Below are positions 58,384 to 64,000 of a stretch of 64,000 nucleotides of DNA, one piece after another (within the stretch, counting starts at the first letter, position 1; each line of letters starts with the position of its first letter). The DNA is from an uncultured Candidatus Actinomarina sp. Its GTDB lineage: Bacteria; Actinomycetota; Acidimicrobiia; Actinomarinales; Actinomarinaceae. The stretch spans positions 4,092-68,091 of the forward strand of contig CACFIX010000004.1 of NCBI GenBank assembly GCA_902566515.1. Reading direction: 5' to 3'. A model generated the notes under the pieces. It ran no database searches and had not been told where the DNA came from. It saw only the letters and a list, made by a program, of their open reading frames with translations. The translations under genes were made by a program, and so were the position numbers.

Positions 58384-60978
58384 ATGCAAAATGAAACCTA
58401 TGATCCATTATCTATAGAGTCAAAATGGCAGGAAAAGTGGGAACAAGGTAAAAAGTTTCAACCTATTGAATCTGATAAAAAGTTTTCAATTGTAATACCT
58501 CCTCCGAATGTGACCGGTTCTCTTCATATGGGTCATGCATTAGAGCACTCAATAATTGATGTGATAACAAGGGTTAAAAGAATGAACGGCTTTCAAACTC
58601 TATGGCTTCCCGGTACAGACCATGCTGGAATTATTACACAACTTTTAGTAGAGAAAGATCTTGAGGAATCTGGAGTTACAAAACATGATTTAGGAAGAGA
58701 TAATTTTTTATCAAAAGTATGGGAATGGAAAGAAAAATCAGGTGACAATATTACAAATCAAATGAAGTCATTAGGAATGAGTTGTGATTGGTCAAGAGAA
58801 AGATTCACCATGGATGAAGGCTTATCTAAAGCTGTTTTAGAAGTTTTTGTTTCTTTATATGAAAATGATTTAATTTACAAAGGAACCAGGATGGTTAATT
58901 GGGACACAAAGTTAAAGTCTGCAGTATCAGATCTTGAAGTATCTTCAGAGACGCAATTAGGAAAATTGTGGACAATTAAGTACAAAGTCGGTGAAGAATA
59001 TTTGTCAATCGCAACAACACGACCTGAAACTTTGTTAGGGGATACAGCAGTAGCAGTTAATCCAACTGACGAAAGATATAAACATTTAATTGGTAAAACT
59101 ATTCAAATTCCCGTTGTCAATAGAGATGTAAAAATAATTGCTGATGAATATGTTGATAAAGATTTTGGATCAGGATGTGTAAAAATAACTCCAGCACATG
59201 ATTTTAATGATTATGAAATTGGCCAAAGGCAAGATCTTGAATTAATACAATGTATTGATTTCGATGGAAAAATTGTAAGTGATGATTTTGTTCCTGAGCA
59301 CCTTAGAGGTCTGGAAAGGTTTAAAGCAAGAGAAAAAATAATCCAAATTTTGGAAAAAGAAGGTCTTCTTGAGAAAGTTGAAGATCATGAAATACAAATT
59401 CCAAAAGGAGATAGATCAAAAACTATTTTGGAACCAATGATTTCTGATCAATGGTTTGTAAAAACCGAAAAACTTGCAAAAGATGCGATTCGTGTCGTTG
59501 AAGAAGATGAAGTTAAATTCATTCCCAAAAATTGGGAGAAAACCTATTTTGAATGGATGTACAATATCCAAGACTGGTGTGTTTCACGGCAACAATGGTG
59601 GGGTCACAGAATTCCGGCATGGTACGATTCTGAAAAAAATGTATATGTAGGCTTAAGTGAAGAAGACGTTCGTAATAAATATAAATTAGACAATAATGTT
59701 CAACTTATTCAAGATGAAGACGTTCTTGATACATGGTTTTCGTCAGCCTTGTGGCCTTTTAGTACTCTTGGTTGGCCTGAAGAAACAGAGGATTTGTCTA
59801 CCTTTTATCCCACTACACTTCTTGTAACTGGTTTTGATATTATTTTCTTTTGGGTGGCTCGTATGATAATGATGGGCCTTTACTCAATGAATGCAATCCC
59901 TTTTGGTGATATTTTAATTCATGGACTTGTTAGAGATTCAAAAGGCAGAAAAATGTCCAAAAGCCTTGGCAATACTCTTGATCCTTTAGAATTATCTGAG
60001 AAACATGGAGCAGATGCACTAAGATTTTCGTTAATTGAAAAAGCTAACCCCGGTCAAGATGTACCATTTGATGAGGAGTGGACACAGGCTGCTAAAAAAT
60101 TTGGAAATAAGATATGGAATGCAGCAAAATTTATTCATATTTATACCAAAGGTCTTGAAGACAGAAAATTAACTGAAGTTGAGTTAATAGAGAATCGTTG
60201 GATATTAAAAGAATTTAACAATTGTTTGGAACAATTTAATATACTTTTTAATGAATATAAAATTTCAGATGCTTATAAGTTACTTTACAATTTTCTATGG
60301 TCTGATTTATTTGATTGGTATTTCGAATTTTCAAAAAATTTGGTCGATAATGAAAATTATAAAGATGAAACACAAAAGGTCCTATTAAATGTTTTTCTCA
60401 ACTCAATAAAAATGTTAAATCCTGCAATGCCACATCTAACTGAAGAGATATGGTCTACATTCAATGATGAATTAATAATTGATAGTTCCTGGCCTACTAA
60501 TTTTGATATAAAATTTTTTGATAATGCTGAGTTTGATGATTTAAAATCCATTATTAATCAAATTAGAAACTTTAAATCAAATTATAATTTAAAAAATAAT
60601 CTTGTATTAGATGTCGTTAAGCAAACTAATTATCCGGAATGGTATGACAATCAACTGGAAAGTATTGCAAAAATCAATGTATTAAACGTGGATACCCAAC
60701 GAAAATCAAAAGATAAAATCTTGACGTTTCAATCAGGTAAAGTAGTTTTTGAAATATCAGCTAACAAGTATATAGATATTCAAAGTGAGATAAAAAGACT
60801 AAGTCAAAAAATTGAAAAGTTAAGAAAATCACTAGATGTTTCTAAAAATCGTTTAGAGAATGATAAGTTTGTAAAAAATGCAAAAGAAGAGTTGATTGAA
60901 GAAGAGAAAGCAAATATTGAAAAACTTTCATCTGAAATAGAAACTATTCAAAAAACACTATCTTCACTCGATAATTGA
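58384..60978 (+). CDS. valS: Valine--tRNA ligase
   Basis: PPPNVTGSLHMGH, DWCVSRQQWWGHRIP, KMSKS, C-terminal coiled coil. Confidence 0.97.
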   Translation: MQNETYDPLSIESKWQEKWEQGKKFQPIESDKKFSIVIPPPNVTGSLHMGHALEHSIIDVITRVKRMNGFQTLWLPGTDHAGIITQLLVEKDLEESGVTKHDLGRDNFLSKVWEWKEKSGDNITNQMKSLGMSCDWSRERFTMDEGLSKAVLEVFVSLYENDLIYKGTRMVNWDTKLKSAVSDLEVSSETQLGKLWTIKYKVGEEYLSIATTRPETLLGDTAVAVNPTDERYKHLIGKTIQIPVVNRDVKIIADEYVDKDFGSGCVKITPAHDFNDYEIGQRQDLELIQCIDFDGKIVSDDFVPEHLRGLERFKAREKIIQILEKEGLLEKVEDHEIQIPKGDRSKTILEPMISDQWFVKTEKLAKDAIRVVEEDEVKFIPKNWEKTYFEWMYNIQDWCVSRQQWWGHRIPAWYDSEKNVYVGLSEEDVRNKYKLDNNVQLIQDEDVLDTWFSSALWPFSTLGWPEETEDLSTFYPTTLLVTGFDIIFFWVARMIMMGLYSMNAIPFGDILIHGLVRDSKGRKMSKSLGNTLDPLELSEKHGADALRFSLIEKANPGQDVPFDEEWTQAAKKFGNKIWNAAKFIHIYTKGLEDRKLTEVELIENRWILKEFNNCLEQFNILFNEYKISDAYKLLYNFLWSDLFDWYFEFSKNLVDNENYKDETQKVLLNVFLNSIKMLNPAMPHLTEEIWSTFNDELIIDSSWPTNFDIKFFDNAEFDDLKSIINQIRNFKSNYNLKNNLVLDVVKQTNYPEWYDNQLESIAKINVLNVDTQRKSKDKILTFQSGKVVFEISANKYIDIQSEIKRLSQKIEKLRKSLDVSKNRLENDKFVKNAKEELIEEEKANIEKLSSEIETIQKTLSSLDN

Positions 60979-62132
60979 CTAATTTAAAAAACTATCTAGA
61001 AGCAAAAGTAAATAGTCGTGGGAATAAAAATTTAAATTACCTAAGTAGTTTTTTTTCAGAAACTGAATTATCAATTCTTTCTGAGAAGACAATTTCTATT
61101 GTTGGTACAAATGGTAAATCTTCAACTGCGAATAATATAGCTATGTTATTAGGAGGGTTAGATAAATCATATATTGCATTTACTTCTCCTCATTTATATG
61201 ACTACAAGGAAAGAATAACCGCTCATAAAGACTTGAATTTGAATCAATATATTGAATATTTAGAAAACTTTGAGTTGGAAAATAATATTATTTTAGGTTA
61301 TTTTGAATCTACATTTTTAATTGCTGCTAAAGCATTTTTATACAATGATTTTGATTATTTTATTTGTGAAGCAGGTATTGGAGGTAAATACGATACAACT
61401 TCAATAATTCAAAGCAAAACTGTCGTTTTAACTTCAATTGGATTAGATCACACTGATATATTGGGAAATAAAATAACCGATATATTAGAACAAAAAATCT
61501 ATGTATCCAATAATATTGAAAATCTGTTTGTTAGCGTTTTGAATGAAGATTTAATTGAGATTATTAAATCAGAATATACAAATTACTCAAAATCTATTTT
61601 TTTAAGTGAATATTTAAATAGTAAAAATATTTCATTCTCTAAATTAATATTTAAAGATTTAAATTATTACCTATCTTTAATGGTTGTAGATTTGCTACTT
61701 CAAGATACAAAATATGCTGATTTAGCAAATATAAAAATTAAAGAGGCAAAAGGCAGATTTGAAATTGTAAATGATTCTCCTATAAAAATAATTGATGGAG
61801 CACACAATTATGAAGGAGTAGAAATACTTTTGCGTAATTATGAAAACAAATATGGAAATTTAAATACTGATATATTTCTTGGATTTAAAAAAGGAAAAGA
61901 TATTAATAACATTCTCAATTTGATCATTGGAAAAACAAATTACAATCTTCATTTAATTGAAGATGACACTTTTTTCGACCAAAAGATTACAAAAGAAATC
62001 GGCTATTTATTGGATAAACATGGTAAAAATTATAAAATTACATCTTTAGAGCAATTTAAAAAAAATAAAAATCCTTCTATATTGTTAGGTAGTTTATATT
62101 TAATTGGAGAATATAAAAAAAGGGAATTGTAA
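60975..62132 (+). CDS. folC: Folylpolyglutamate synthase/dihydrofolate synthase, compact and divergent
   Basis: [38 protein letters not shown]; valS-folC synteny. Confidence 0.85.
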   Translation: MTNLKNYLEAKVNSRGNKNLNYLSSFFSETELSILSEKTISIVGTNGKSSTANNIAMLLGGLDKSYIAFTSPHLYDYKERITAHKDLNLNQYIEYLENFELENNIILGYFESTFLIAAKAFLYNDFDYFICEAGIGGKYDTTSIIQSKTVVLTSIGLDHTDILGNKITDILEQKIYVSNNIENLFVSVLNEDLIEIIKSEYTNYSKSIFLSEYLNSKNISFSKLIFKDLNYYLSLMVVDLLLQDTKYADLANIKIKEAKGRFEIVNDSPIKIIDGAHNYEGVEILLRNYENKYGNLNTDIFLGFKKGKDINNILNLIIGKTNYNLHLIEDDTFFDQKITKEIGYLLDKHGKNYKITSLEQFKKNKNPSILLGSLYLIGEYKKREL

Positions 62133-62527
62133 TGAAAACGTTTTTTATGATTAAGCCAGATGGCGTAAAACGAAATCTCATTGGTGAAATAATATCGCGA
62201 GTTGAAGAAAAAGGTTTTAAAATAACAAAAATCAAAATGATGATAATTAGTCAAGATTTAGCTGAGGAACACTACGGAGAACACAAAGATAAACCATTTT
62301 TTAGTGATCTTGTGAGTTTTATAACAAGTGGTCCTGTTGTAGCTATGCAAGTTGAGGGCGAAAATGTAGTGACACAAATAAGAAATCTTATGGGAGCTAC
62401 TAATCCTTCAGATGCAACTCCAGGTTCAATCAGAGGAGATTTAGCAACAGAACTTGATAAAAATGTAGTACACGGTTCAGATTCTGATGAAAGTGCCGAG
62501 AGAGAACTAAATTTATTCTTTTCGTAA
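62132..62527 (+). CDS. ndk: Nucleoside diphosphate kinase
   Basis: [22 protein letters not shown]. Confidence 0.97.
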   Translation: MKTFFMIKPDGVKRNLIGEIISRVEEKGFKITKIKMMIISQDLAEEHYGEHKDKPFFSDLVSFITSGPVVAMQVEGENVVTQIRNLMGATNPSDATPGSIRGDLATELDKNVVHGSDSDESAERELNLFFS

Positions 62528-62572
62528 TAAATTTATTTTAAATGCATATTTAATAGATTAACCTAAGTATAC

Positions 62573-63616
62573 ATGGCTGGTTTAAATTTAAGAAGAACAT
62601 TATTTGGTGGTAATGATATTGCCATAGATTTGGGAACTGCAAATACATTAATTTATGTAAAAGGAGTAGGTGTAGTAGTTGATGAACCAACCTTGCTGGC
62701 AGTGAATAAAGATGATCAATCAATTTTAACAATCGGTAAAGACGCAAAAAAATTAGTTGGACGTGTTCCAGACTCTATTGAATTAGTTAAGCCATTAAGA
62801 GACGGAGTTATTTCTGAAATAGAAATGGCAGAAGAGCTTGTTAAAACATTACTTACAAAGGCTATAGGAAGATCATATTCTTCACCAAGAATTGTAATTT
62901 GTGTTCCTAATGGTGTTACAAGTGTAGAACAAAGGTCTATTGAGACTGCTGCACATGCAACGGGAGCATCTGAAGTTTTTACTATAGAAGAACCAATGGC
63001 GGCAGCTATTGGAAGTGGTTTAAATATTTTTGAGCCATATGGAAATATGATTATTGATATTGGTGGAGGTACTACGGAAATTGCAGTTATTTCAATGGGA
63101 GATATTGTGAATGCTAATTCAGTAAGAGTTGGCGGAGAAGATATGACAGAGGTTTTAATTGACTGGCTGCGTGCTGAGCATCAAATATTAGTTGATTCAG
63201 GTATTGCTGAAAGCATCAAGCATGCTGTTGGATCTGCTTATCAATATGAAAGAGAGCCTCAAGTAACTGTAACTGGTAGAGATATTGTCAAAGGAATACC
63301 AAAACAGGTACTATTAGAAGCCAGTGATGTTAGAAATGCTTTAGCACCAGTTGTTAATAATATAGTTGAGGCAATTAGAATTTCTCTTTCTCAGACACCG
63401 CCAGCTTTAGTATCAGACATAGACAAGGACGGTGCATGGATTACTGGTGGAGGATCTCTGCTAAAGCAAATAGATAAAAAGATTGCAGAAGAACTTGGTA
63501 TTCCAATTAATACATCAGAAGATCCTTTAAGCTCAGTTGTCATTGGATCAGGCATATGTCTTGAAAGGTTTCAAGATTTTAAATCTATATTAAAATTATC
63601 TCCAAGACCAAATTAA
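62573..63616 (+). CDS. mreB: Rod shape-determining protein MreB
   Basis: IDLGTANT, EEPMAAAIG, DIGGGTTE, TGGGSLL. Confidence 0.95.
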   Translation: MAGLNLRRTLFGGNDIAIDLGTANTLIYVKGVGVVVDEPTLLAVNKDDQSILTIGKDAKKLVGRVPDSIELVKPLRDGVISEIEMAEELVKTLLTKAIGRSYSSPRIVICVPNGVTSVEQRSIETAAHATGASEVFTIEEPMAAAIGSGLNIFEPYGNMIIDIGGGTTEIAVISMGDIVNANSVRVGGEDMTEVLIDWLRAEHQILVDSGIAESIKHAVGSAYQYEREPQVTVTGRDIVKGIPKQVLLEASDVRNALAPVVNNIVEAIRISLSQTPPALVSDIDKDGAWITGGGSLLKQIDKKIAEELGIPINTSEDPLSSVVIGSGICLERFQDFKSILKLSPRPN

Positions 63617-63619
63617 AAC

Positions 63620-64000
63620 ATGCAAAGTACAGAAGCTTTACCAAAAAGGAGTTATATCCTTTATATTCTTTTTATATTATTAAGTAGTTTGTTAATTCTG
63701 ATTGATTACTTTTCTAATAAAGAATTGTCTAGTTATTTTCCAAATTCAGTAAATTTTGAATTTGAATTAAACAGTGACTTTACTTTCATACAAAGATTTG
63801 ATACCTTATTTGAACAAAGGGCACAATTAGTAAGTGAGAACATTAGGTTGGAACAAGAAGTTCAAGATTTGCGAAGTCTTGAAATTGTGAATCAAGAGTT
63901 ACAACTCCAACTAGAGTCTTATGAAGCGATTTCAAATGTGTCAAATGTTCAAAATTTTGAACTTCTATCCAGTGGTTTCATTACAAAAAATTTAAATCTC
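63620..64000 (+). CDS. mreC: Probable MreC, truncated by the window edge
   Basis: ATG 63620 right after mreB; TM helix then coiled coil (LVSENIRLEQEVQDL); open to the edge. Confidence 0.65.
   Translation, partial: MQSTEALPKRSYILYILFILLSSLLILIDYFSNKELSSYFPNSVNFEFELNSDFTFIQRFDTLFEQRAQLVSENIRLEQEVQDLRSLEIVNQELQLQLESYEAISNVSNVQNFELLSSGFITKNLNL

Noticed and set aside
1452-62747. Numerous 60-180 aa ORFs nested in or antisense to clear genes (e.g. 7080..7547, 14525..15061, 24384..24845, 46088..46438, 48297..48692)
   Set aside because: Fully overlapped by well-supported housekeeping genes and lacking motifs; typical shadow ORFs.

Overview
An AT-rich, densely packed bacterial chromosome segment with very short spacers and many overlapping stop/start codons. 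It carries actinobacterial hallmarks: WhiB, UPF0182 next to tRNA-fMet, pcrA-sucCD, tRNA-tig-clpP-clpX and valS-folC-ndk-mreB-mreC. This is most consistent with a streamlined marine actinobacterium such as Ca. Actinomarina (inferred from gene content and composition, not from a search). Most genes are housekeeping: TCA cycle (sucCD, icd, mdh, sdhCDAB, aconitase), trpS, valS, pcrA, rph, rdgB, pdxH, acs, seven tRNAs, transporters and lipid enzymes. I saw no CRISPR array, integrase or transposase. The best signals are absent from the ORF track. (1) A membrane-anchored thioredoxin-fold protein has an in-frame TGA in a UxxC motif followed by a bacterial SECIS-like hairpin, so it is a likely selenoprotein (3742..4215). 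(2) Divergent from it is a Nur-like regulator, with a 37-bp palindrome containing a Nur-box-like core directly upstream of an ECF QO metal transporter. (3) A leaderless MKKIIIII leader peptide with antiterminator and terminator hairpins precedes citramalate synthase, an apparent isoleucine-sensing attenuator. Also notable: a translin/TRAX-like protein, a tandem iron-staple PD-(D/E)XK protein, a Thr-repeat lipoprotein with a putative copper site, two unannotated small ORFs and widespread leaderless-type promoters. All family assignments come from motif recognition by eye.
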